DNA from: Hormiphora californensis
Taxonomy: Eukaryota; Animalia; Ctenophora
Direction of reading: 5' to 3'
DNA length: 64,000 bases
Assembly: GCA_020137815.1 (NCBI GenBank)
Contig: CM035351.1
Coordinates: 9,610,001-9,674,000, forward strand
A model generated the notes under the pieces. The model did not search any database and had not been told where the DNA came from. It saw only the letters and a list, made by a program, of their open reading frames with translations. Both the position numbers and the translations under genes were made by a program. Shown here piece after piece: positions 24,601 through 35,283 of the stretch (the stretch's first letter is position 1; every line of letters starts with the position of its first letter).

Positions 24601-25262
24601 TGTTGGGTCAGGGTGTCTGAGGCAGCTAGAGGGAGGGGTATTGTTGGGTCAGGGTGTCTGAGGCAGCTAGAGGGAGGGGTATTGTTGGGTCAGGGTGTCT
24701 GAGGCAGCTAGAGGGAGGGGTATTGTTGGGTCAGGGTGTCTGAGGCAGCTAGAGGGAGGGGGTATTGTTGCCAATGACCTTAGAGGTAAAGGAAGGGGAG
24801 GGGACGAGTCCTCCTGTCTCCTGTTTTAGGATAAGCATGTGATAAGGAACCCCTTTTTAACGACATTATTTGAGATCGCATTACAGTGTAATTTACAGTG
24901 TCTCCCCTCCTTGTTTACTCACGTGCGGTAGCATTGGGTACATTTCTTGGTGGTAGAACCAGGTCTTTGATCTTGTCAGTCTTCCTGGACATCCAGAACC
25001 CACATCTCTGAGGTAGTCCCTGTATCCAACTGGAAAAGGTCCACTTCTGTTGTTCTAGGATGAATTCCTCTGGGCTGCACTTCACTCCACACTGCAGGGA
25101 CACCAGTATTATACAGGGACACCAGTATTATACAGAGCGACTATAAGGACGCTCAACAAGGATAATGAAACAAGAGAGGGCACCCTGTAGTAGTTGTAGT
25201 GTTACCATTTCTCCATGCTCTGGGCACACCCATCCGATGTCAGAATCATACATTGAAGACAT
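18698..25262 (-). CDS. Ankyrin-repeat TRP cation channel (TRPA-like); N-terminus uncertain
   Basis: Ankyrin repeats (GRTPLHMAAA, QTPLHYAAKN, GRTPLLVAAE), LVNHPVIKEMIKVKWSQFG pre-S1, transmembrane segments, S6 IILLNLFIALVSDTF and a coiled-coil-like C-terminus. Confidence 0.8.
20575..20725 (-). repeat. ~4 tandem copies of 3' splice site + exon start (TRP)
   Basis: Minus strand ccctaac..cccctcacatacag|CTGCTGTTT. The last copy continues as LLFAIQLGEE. Confidence 0.8.
21253..21750 (-). repeat. 7 x 72-bp tandem copies of 3' splice site + 57 nt exon start (TRP)
   Basis: Minus strand attatatat(t/c)actag|GTGCTGGACTATACAGGCTACCAC...AACATGCCTGAC. Confidence 0.92.
21982..22500 (-). repeat. 9 x 58-bp tandem copies of 3' splice site + 36 nt exon start (TRP)
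   Basis: Minus strand ttctaactatttccaacaacag|GCACTAGTTGAGTTAGGGGCTAATATAGAGTCCAAG. The last copy continues as DYRGRTPL. Confidence 0.93.
23161..24771 (-). repeat. ~40 x 40-41-bp tandem copies of 3' splice site + 14 nt exon start (TRP)
   Basis: Minus strand ctgacccaacaatacccctccctctag|CTGCCTCAGACACC. The last copy continues TTGGCACAGCC (ASDTLAQPF). Confidence 0.93.
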
Positions 25263-25364
25263 GATGATGTTGAAACCAAACACAAACAACACACAACATG
25301 GAATTATGTCAGGGAGTGTAGGACTGGGATGATTGGGATCTTTCCATACAATGGATGAAAATGT

Positions 25365-26905
25365 ATGGGGTGAAGGTGAATTAGGAGGTGATATGGGGTG
25401 AAGGTGAATTAGGAGGTGATATGGGGTGAAGGTGAATTAGGAGGTGATATGGGGTGAAGGTGAATTAGGAGGTGATATTGGGTGAAGGTGAATTAGGATG
25501 TGATATTGGGTGAAGGTGAATTAGGAGGTGATATTGGGTGAAGGTGAATTAGGAGGTGATATTGGGTGCGGTGACTTAGGCGGTGCTATTGGGTGCCGGT
25601 GCATTACGGCGGTGCTCTTGGGGTGCAGGGGCCCTTCGGCTGTGCTATTGGGTGCCGGTGCCTTCGGCTGTGCCTCTTGGGTGCCGGTGACTCCATTCGG
25701 CGGTGCTCTTGGGTGCGGTTGCCTTCGGGCGGTGCTCCTTGGGTGCCGGTGGCCTATCGGCGGTGGCTCTTGGGGTGACAGGTGCCTTCGGCTTGGTGCT
25801 CTATTGGGTGCCGGTGCCTTCGGCTGGATAGCTCTTGGGTGCCGGTGGCCTTCGGCGGTGCTCTTGGGTGCCGGTGCCTTCGGCGGTGCTCTTGGGTGCC
25901 GGTGCCTTCGGCGGTGCTCTTGGGTGCCGGTGCCTTCGGCGGTGCTCTTGGGTGCCGGTGCCTTCGGCGGTGCTCTTGGGTGCCGGTGCCTTCGGCGGTG
26001 CTCTTGGGTGCCGGTGCCTTCGGCGGTGCTCTTGGGTGCCGGTGCCTTCGGCGGTGCTCTTGGGTGCCGGTGCCTTCGGCGGTGCTCTTGGGTGCCGGTG
26101 CCTTCGGCGGTGCTCTTGGGTGCCGGTGCCTTCGGCTGTGCTCTTGGGGTGCCGGTGCCTTCGGCGGTGCTCTTGGGTGCCGGTGCCTTCGGCTGTGCTC
26201 TTGGGTGCCGGTGCCTTCGGCTGTGCTCTTGGGTGCCGGTGCCTTCGGCTGTGCTCTTGGGTGCCGGTGCCTTCGGCGGTGCTCTTGGGTGCCGGTGCCT
26301 TCGGCGGTGCTCTTGGGGTGCCGGTGCCTTCGGCGGTGCTCTTGGGTGCCGGTGCCTTCGGCGGTGCTCTTGGGTGCCGGTGCCTTCGGCGGTGCTCTTG
26401 GGTGCCGGTGCCTTCGGCGGTGCTCTGGGTGCCGGTGCCTTCGGCGGTGCTCTTGGGTGCCGGTGCCTTCGGCGGTGCTCTTGGGTGCCGGTGCCTTCGG
26501 CGGTGCTCTGGGGTGCCGGTGCCTTCGGCGGTGCTCTTCGGTGCCGGTGCCTTCGGCGGTGCTCTTGGGTGCCGGTGCCTTCGGCGGTGCTCTTGGGGTG
26601 CCGGTGCCTTCGGCGGTGCTCTTGGGTGCCGGTGCCTTCGGCTGTGCTCTTGGGTGCCGGTGCCTTCGGGGGTGCTCTTGGGTGCCGGTGCCTTCGGCGG
26701 TCCTCTTGGGTGCCGGTGCCTTCGGGTGTGCTCTTGGGTGCCGGTGCCTTCGGCGGTGCTCTTGGGTGCCGGTGCCTTCGGCTGTGCTCTTGGGTGCCGG
26801 TGCCTTCGGCGGTGCTCTTGGGTGCCGGTGCCTTCGGCGGTGCTCTGGGGTGCCGGTGCCTTCGGCGGTGCTCTGGGGGTGCCGGTGCATTAGGAGGTGA
26901 TATTG
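25365..26905. repeat. 28-bp tandem repeat array with A-form flanks and C-form core
   Basis: gggtgaaggtgaattaggaggtgatatt at the ends versus gggtgccggtgccttcggcggtgctctt in the core. Confidence 0.95.
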
Positions 26906-27374
26906 GCTTCAAACAAACTGTTCCACTAGCATTCCATGGCTGCTGGGCTGGCCATTGGTATCCATTAGAGATCTCGTGTGTCCCATAATTAATTGATTTA
27001 ATTAATAATTAGGGCCATCTAAACTTCTCTACAGTTGTTCCTCCCTCAATCTCACCTCTGATAGAGTTTGGTGACGTTGCCCTCGAGCACTCTTCTGTCT
27101 TCTCATGGTCTGTCCAGCTGGTTCTAATGGTTCGTCACCTCCCACCTCCTAAAAGTGATATGGAATGTTACTACTACTGCTGCCCCCCTGCCACCTCCCT
27201 GCCACCTATGTACCTGCATCATTATCATCATGTACTAAGCTATTGCAAATGATAGACAGACAAATAGAGAACTATCCCTCATAGTGAACCGTAATATGTG
27301 TTCTTGAAATTTGATCTATCACGCTCTTAGTTCATCAATCAAGCGGTTGTGGTGCCGAGGTTCCGTGTGGGAGG

Positions 27375-27395
27375 GAGAGGGAGAGAGAGAGAGAA

Positions 27396-27462
<67 letters not shown>

Positions 27463-28233
27463 CTATCAGATAGAGTGTGTAGAGACCTCTCAGACTCGAT
27501 CTACTATACTATCTCGAATCTCTCTCTCTCTCTTACTCTATTCCTCTCTCTCTCTTCTCTCTCTCTCTCGCTCTCTCTCTATCTCTCTCTAGACCTCTTT
27601 CGTCCTCCATCGTCTCGATAGCATACAAGAAGATACGCTATATCCATACTAGAGCCCTACATTGAAGGACGATACTAGAGATATAGCGAGATAGAGATAG
27701 AGACTTGGCTTTAAAAGAGAGATAGACAGAGAGAGTTAGAAAGACGAAGTGAGAGATTTCGGTTCTGAACACTGTCACAACACTATCAGTGTCAACTTAT
27801 ATGTAGGAGGAGCGAGAAAGATAGCGAGAGAGGGAAAGCTAAGCCTAAAGAGAGGGAGAGCGTGTCAGAGGAAGTGAGATCGAGAGAGAGAGAGAGAAAA
27901 AGAGAGAGTGAGAGGGAAGGATAGAAAGAGAAGGTGAACTGCAAGAAACGTGTTGTGGAATAATAGCATGATGATGTGATAGGGTAGATCACCCGGATAA
28001 TATGATTTCCCTTTTTTCTATTGGGGGTGCGTTCCTCCTTCTCATTTGGAGTCTCATTTCTCTGTGTATCACTTTGCATTCCATCCACCTGGCCGTGTGT
28101 ATGAGATCCATTACTAACAACGTTAGAGTCCATGTGTATGCACACTTGCTATTTCTATTATGCATGCAAGAGTTTTTGGCGTTTTGTAACAACTAGATTA
28201 GAAAGATGGAAGAAGAGAGGAGAGAGACGGAGT

Positions 28234-28288
<55 letters not shown>

Positions 28289-28303
28289 GACAGAGAGAGA
28301 GAC

Positions 28304-28343
<40 letters not shown>

Positions 28344-28345
28344 AT
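27375..28345. repeat. (GA)n/(CT)n-rich low-complexity region
   Basis: GA tracts at ~27380-27460 and ~28230-28340. Confidence 0.85.
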
Positions 28346-29296
28346 GAAAAATTGAGGAGTCGTCCTGACTGTCCCATTCTGGGGGAATAGAAAACACTGA
28401 TAAGAGTGTGAGAAAAGCCTATAGAACGCACCTGATATAATATACGTGTCTCCTTACTCCACGCACATGTGTGTCCTAGCTCGAGCCCTTTATTTAGGTC
28501 TGCTACGAGTTGTTGTGTTCCCCCACCTTCCTGTTGTCTTCATTTTGGGTTCATGTAATTATATTCTTTGATGCACTCTCCCATAGTTTGTTCTAAACCC
28601 CTACGAGCGACTCAGTTTAGTGCCCTAATAAAATCGACCCATTTTAATGCCCTAATACCCCCAGGTATGATTTTGGTGTTTCTGCTGCTTCCATTCGACC
28701 CACTCAGCTACAATAGCAGGGCCACTGGGAGGATTTACACAGACTCTTCCTGAGACTACTTCATTTGACACCCTAGCGTCCAGTGCAGCCCTTACTAAAC
28801 CTACAAGTACCTCTCCAATTGAAGGGACAACTCTACCAATTGGTACTGGAGGGGAGTTCATCCACGAGACATCTGGGCCATTTAACCAAACTAGAGCTAA
28901 AACGGAGTCAACAAGTGGTTGGGTTACTGCCCCAACCACCTACCTCCCAACCACACTGGAGAGTAACGAGGTGGTTACCTGAGTACAAAGTGGAGGTGGG
29001 CATACCCTAATGACAAAGTAATGAACTCTGCCTGCTCAGCAGTTACTGGACTATGTTGGGCGGCTATATTAATCCTCGTTATTGTGTGAGGTTCAATTGG
29101 GATCACCAGATCTGTGGTGGAGTGATATCCCTGAGAGATCTTGTTAATGCTGTTAGCCTCGTTTATTGTGGGGTGCCCCCCTCTCAACATTTGTTAAATC
29201 TTGAGATCTGCGCAGGGATGCGTGTGAGTGTGTGGGTGGACGCAGTTTAACCATCTTTTTATAAATCAGATTATTTTTTCCAGTTTCCTTCGTTAA

Positions 29297-31332
29297 ATGA
29301 TGATTTCACTTCTCTGTCTCTTGTTACTTGGTACCTGCTTAGGGTCCGAGCCTGTACTTTCAGAGAGAGAACCAGATAATTCTGATGTGCCAGAGAACCA
29401 GGCCCCGGACGGCAAGGCACCCAATGTGGTGTTTATTATTGCTGACGATCTGGGCTGGAATGATGTTGGATATCACGGTAGTGAACTGAAATCACCGGTA
29501 ATATATACCTGTCTGTCCTTTATGTGTTTTGGTAATACAATCAGAGTGTATAGATTTTGAGACAAGACATCTCTTTAATATGTCATTGTCCTAGCTGATA
29601 CCTGTCTACACTAACCTAATTGTAATTCCCAGTTTACACTCAAATCTCACTATCCTCCATTCTACCAGGTTCTAGATAAGTTGGCCAGCGAGGGACTACG
29701 ATTGGAGAGGCACTACACCCAACCCGAGTGTTCCACAACCCGAGCATCACTTCTTACCAGTCGATACATCGTCAGGACTGGGCTTCAAGCTGATGTCATT
29801 CTTAATGGAGGTATTATAATGGTGTGCTACCCCAGTTGTCTCCTAAATTCTATGAACTACTATTTCCTGATCTCACTAACGTTTCTCCACCCGCAGGAGG
29901 CATGGCCCTGCCCTTGAACGAGACCTTGATGACACAATACCTTAAGGAACTGGGGTACTCCAACTACCTAATTGGAAAGTGGCATCAGGGTGGAAATTCC
30001 TGGAAAGAAACGCCTCTTTTCCGAGGATTTGACTACTTCTACGGCTACCTCGGAGGCCAGATTCACTACTTCGGACACCACCACGCCAAGTTTGGAGGCC
30101 ACGATTTCCGTAAGAACTATCGAGATGCTGATGGGAAGTTCCACGAGGAAATTTTAAAGAAGGAGAGTGGCAAGTATCTGACAAAGCTGCTAACTGACGA
30201 AGCCATCAGAGTTGTAGAGGAGCACGATCAGAGCAAACCTATGTTCCTATACTTCTCAATTCCCAATGTTCACTCCCCCAACCAGTCACCCAAGGGTTAC
30301 AATGAGAAGTACAGTGAGGGGACAGGCGTCACTGAGTTCGACAGAAAACAGCTGGCAGGTAATCTTGGAGGCTTGGAGGAGTCGGTACACAATCTGACGG
30401 AGGCCCTCAAGAAGAGTGATATGTGGGAAAACACAATGGTTGTGTTCCTCTCAGACAACGGAGGGTGCCCAGAGCAGTTGATGAGCTATGGTGGCCATAG
30501 TAACTACCCTCTTAGATCCGGGAAGACCACTTTGTTTGAGGGGGCACTTAGAACACCTGCCTTCGTTTATGGGCCCATTGTGGACCACTTGAGGGGCCAG
30601 GAAAGTCACGGTACATTCCATGTGTCTGATTGGTTCCCGACACTGCACAGCATCATCAAGGCCAAGACTGGTAAGACAGTGAAGCTGGTAAACCCTATAG
30701 ATGGGGTGGATAACAGTGCTATGATTCTAAATAACGGACCCACCAAGAGGACAGAGATGCTTCACCAACTGAACCTAGGAAATCAGGCCTACAGAATGGG
30801 AGACTACAAAATCATTGTTGGTATGTCACCCTCCTTCAATTCAATATAGATTATCTCTGAATATTCCTGATATTATAATAAACTTCTACAGAAAATAACT
30901 CCCTCCCTAACCCCATGTCTACCCCTAGGTGATCCTGGCCAGTATGATGGATTTAAGAAGACAGAAGGACGACCAGATATCAAGATTCAATACGACGAGC
31001 CAGAGGACTTCCTTGGCAAGCTGAAGTGCACCCTGGGTCTGTGTGGTAGTTTCGGGGACTTTATTGTTGATGAGGACGGGGCTAATGTTCGACTGTATAA
31101 CGTGATAGAGGATCCCAGTGAGACTTACAATCTTGCCGCTAAGAAACCAGAGATTGTGAAAGAGATGCGTGCTAGGCTAGAGAAGTTCAAGGAGATTGTG
31201 ATGCCAGCCCAATTCAATGGAAAAATTAACGCTGCCCACTTCAAGCACAATGGTGGTATCTGGCAGCCGTGGAAGGACGATATGGAAGGGGTGGAAATTA
31301 ACCAGAGGTTCCTAACTAAAACTGAACTTTAA
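29297..31332 (+). CDS. Secreted/lysosomal arylsulfatase (ARSB/ARSJ-like), copy 1, 4 exons
   Basis: Signal peptide, [74 protein letters not shown]. Confidence 0.92.
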
Positions 31333-31603
31333 CTGATCTTGGGGAATTAGCGTGGGAACTATTTACGTGATTGTTTTATTTGTTTTTCAATTTTAGTTAC
31401 CAATTAACCAGTTGTAATTGTTATAATGAACCCAGGGATAACATTTGGTGACACATGTGCGAGATCGAAGTCTCCCAGCGACTGAGATCGAGCTCACACA
31501 TTACTCGCGAGCTCACACATTACTCGCGAAGCGAGAATAGGTGGTAATGGTCCCAAGGATAGCATCTGACCGGGCAGGGGGTCTTCAAACCCAGGCCCTA
31601 AAC

Positions 31604-31744
<141 letters not shown>

Positions 31745-31793
31745 GTTGTGTTGGAACTTACTAAATAAGCTCCAATGCAACCAAGAATTCATT

Positions 31794-32280
31794 CTGTCAG
31801 GTCTATGCTCTCACCACAATTCTCGCGCTGAAAGAAATTAGAATAGGGTCAGACCTCGGTACCATTGCCACCTATTCTCGCTTCGCGATGTGTGAGATGA
31901 AGATCAATCTCAGTCGTGCACGACTTTGACCTCTCACATGTGTCCACCAAGGTCAGGCCAATGCTCTGACAGATTTCATTAGGAATTAGATGCGACTGGG
32001 ATCCAGTCACTGGGTGGGTACCCGTACAGTTTCGACCCAATCGCTTTCTGGCGATTGATTCTCTGAGCGCGAGTCAGAGTCAGATGGGGTCCATGGCGCT
32101 AGACAGCCCAATTGAGAGTTTTAGTGGGTTTCGTGATGTCTGTCAGGCGGTGCCAGACCCGTTTGTTGATTTGACAAGCGACAGTACACTTGCTCAGATC
32201 AGCAAGGCCCTGTCAGAGCATTGGCCTGACCCTACAGCGCACGAGAACTGTGGTCAGAGCATTGTCCTGGAACTGTCAGG
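31794..32280. mobile_element. MITE-like element with inverted ends built on the CTGTCAGGCCAATGCTCTGAC motif
   Basis: Left end ctgtcaggtctatgctctcaccacaattctcgcgc is an imperfect inverse of right end gcgcacgagaactgtggtcagagcattgtcctgg. Related copies occur elsewhere in the window. Confidence 0.6.
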
Positions 32281-32935
32281 CTGATAGGCACCGCCAGACA
32301 GATGATGATGGCAATGTTATCCCTGGATTTTGTGTTGATATTAAATGAGGCGGAATTCACAGAGTGGAAACAATAAAACATGATACACAATCAAATCACA
32401 CAAAATCTGGCAAAATATCCCTCCTGGGCCGGAGATAATACTCAAATTGGGATGAAGCATCTGTACCCTGTCTGTTAGTGTCACTGTCGGTGTCGCAAAA
32501 CTGGTCTCACAAGATGCCTACGAGGCCGAGGGGTCATTTCGTTACCAACTCACAAGACTGCCCTCTCCCAACTTGTTGAGTAACAACAACTCTGAACCAG
32601 GCCGGAGGGTGGTTACAAGCGGCAAGGGTTCCCCCTAAACCATTTTCAAACAACCCCACATGTCAAGAACCCGTTATCCATCTTGCTGTCTAATCTTGTT
32701 CTCACAGCGTGTAGCAATGTGATTCTCTCTATTACCATATTACGTCACAATGGGACAAGCAGAGAACGTGGTGAGTTTCCACCCACGCTAGCTTGCAAGC
32801 ACTTGTAGCAAGAGGTGTTTCCGCGTATGAGAATTGCGGCCGGCGTGGGATTCCTGCATTTGAGTGTGCTTGTGTGTGTGGGTGGTCTCAGTTCGCATTT
32901 TTCTAACCACTCTCTCGTGTGATCTTCTGACAGCA

Positions 32936-35021
32936 ATGATAACTGTTTTATGTGTTCTACTTCTGGTGGGGGGGTCTGTTGCCGGCAAAGCACCCAATGT
33001 GGTGTTTATTATTGCTGACGATCTGGGCTGGAATGATGTTGGATATCACGGTAGTGAACTGAAATCACCGGTAATATATACCTGTCTGTCCTTTATGTGT
33101 TTTGGTAATACAATCAGAGTGTATAGATTTTGAGACAAGACATCTCTTTAATATGTCATTGTCCTAACTGATACCTGTCTACACTAACCTAATTGAAAGT
33201 CCCAGTTTACACTCAAATCTCACTATCCTCCATTCTACCAGGTTCTAGATAAGTTGGCCAGCGAGGGACTACGATTGGAGAGGCACTACACCCAACCCGA
33301 GTGTTCCACAACCCGAGCATCACTTCTTACCAGTCGATACATCGTCAGGACTGGGCTTCAAGCTGATGTCATTCTTAACGGAGGTATTATAATAGTGTGC
33401 TACCCCCTGTCAGGCCAATGCTCTGACCACAGTTCTCGCACGCTCCAAATTCGAGAGAAACAAGAATGGGTCAGACCAATTCTCTGACAGGATATACTAC
33501 CCCAATTCAATTTTCTCCTAAATTCTATGAACTACTATTTCCTGATCTCACTAACGTTTCTCCACCCGCAGGGGGTATGGCCCTACCCTTGAACGAGACC
33601 TTGATGACACAATACCTTAAGGAACTGGGGTACTCCAACTACCTAATTGGAAAGTGGCATCAGGGTGGAAATTCCTGGAAAGAAACGCCTCTTTTCCGAG
33701 GATTTGACTACTTCTACGGCTACCTCGGAGGCCAAATTCACTACTTCGGCCACTACCACGCCAAGTTTGGAGGCCACGATTTCCGTAAGAACTATCGAGA
33801 TGCTGATGGGAAGTTCCACGAGGAAATTTTAAAGAAGGAGAGTGGCAAGTATCTGACAAAGCTGCTAACTGACGAAGCCATCAGAGTTGTAGAGGAGCAC
33901 GATCAGAGCAAACCTATGTTCCTATACTTCTCAATTCCCAATGTTCACTCCCCCAACCAGTCACCCAAGGGTTACAATGAGAAATACAGTGAGGGCACAG
34001 GCGTCACTGAGTTCGACAGAAAACAGCTGGCAGGTAATCTTGGAGGCTTGGAGGAGTCGGTACACAATCTGACGGAGGCCCTCAAGAAGAGTGATATGTG
34101 GGAAAACACAATGGTTGTGTTCCTCTCAGACAACGGAGGGTGCCCAGAGCAGTTGATGAGCTATGGTGGCCATAGTAACTACCCTCTTAGATCCGGGAAG
34201 ACCACTTTGTTTGAGGGGGCACTTAGAACACCTGCCTTCGTTTATGGGCCCATTGTGGACCACTTGAGGGGCCAGGAAAGTCACGGTACATTCCATGTGT
34301 CTGATTGGTTCCCGACACTGCACAGCATCATCAAGGCCAAGACTGGTAAGACAGTGAAGCTGGTAAACCCTATAGATGGGGTGGATAACAGTGCTATGAT
34401 TCTAAATAACGGACCCACCAAGAGGACAGAGATGCTTCACCAACTGAACCTAGGAAATCAGGCCTACAGAATGGGAGACTACAAAATCATTGTTGGTATG
34501 TCACCCTCCTTCAATTCAATATAGATTATCTCTACTAGGGGGTTTGAATATTCCTGATACTAGATAGTAACATTCTACAGAAAATAACTCCCTCCCTAAC
34601 CCCATGTCTACCCCTAGGTGATCCTGGCCAGTATGATGGATTTAAGAAGACAGAAGGACGACCAGATATCAAGATTCAATACGACGAGCCAGAGGACTTC
34701 CTTGGCAAGCTGAAGTGCACCCTGGGTCTGTGTGGTAGTTTCGGGGACTTTATTGTTGATGAGGACGGGGCTAATGTTCGACTGTATAACGTGATAGAGG
34801 ATCCCAGTGAGACTTACAATCTTGCCGCTAAGAAACCAGAGATTGTGAAAGAGATGCGTGCTAGGCTAGAGAAGTTCAAAGAGATTGTGATGCCAGCCCA
34901 ATTCAATGGAAAAATTAACGCTGCCCACTTCAAGCACAATGGTGGTATCTGGCAGCCTTGGAAGGACGATATGGAAGGGGTGGAAATTAACCAGAGGTTC
35001 CTAACTAAAACTGAACTTTAA
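32936..35021 (+). CDS. Arylsulfatase copy 2 (near-identical tandem duplicate, different signal peptide)
   Basis: [23 protein letters not shown]...; exons and introns are almost identical to copy 1. Confidence 0.92.
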
Positions 35022-35283
35022 CTGATCTTGGAGGATTGAGATAATTTATATTTTGTGTGTGGGTGTTTTATACATTAATTCGAATTGCCTAACTAATCGT
35101 TTTTGTTGGAAGTGCTTATCGCAGGGGAGATACCTACCAAACCGAAATTTTAGCATGGTCATGGTGCTGAATCGGGAACACTTCCCAACTCTCATATATC
35201 TAGATCTCTGTCACTCATCAAGCCCTAACAGTGTCCAATAAACAGTCCTATAATTATAAACAGTCTAATAAATTCACACTTCA

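Noticed and set aside
25521-26988. Five long ORFs (352-486 aa) in several frames
   Set aside because: They arise from a 28-bp repeat lacking A on one strand, so stops are absent. The unit is not a multiple of 3.
27050-27300. Possible extra 5' exons of the TRP gene
   Set aside because: GT-AG-bounded open segments exist, but I could not link them in phase across the 28-bp array.
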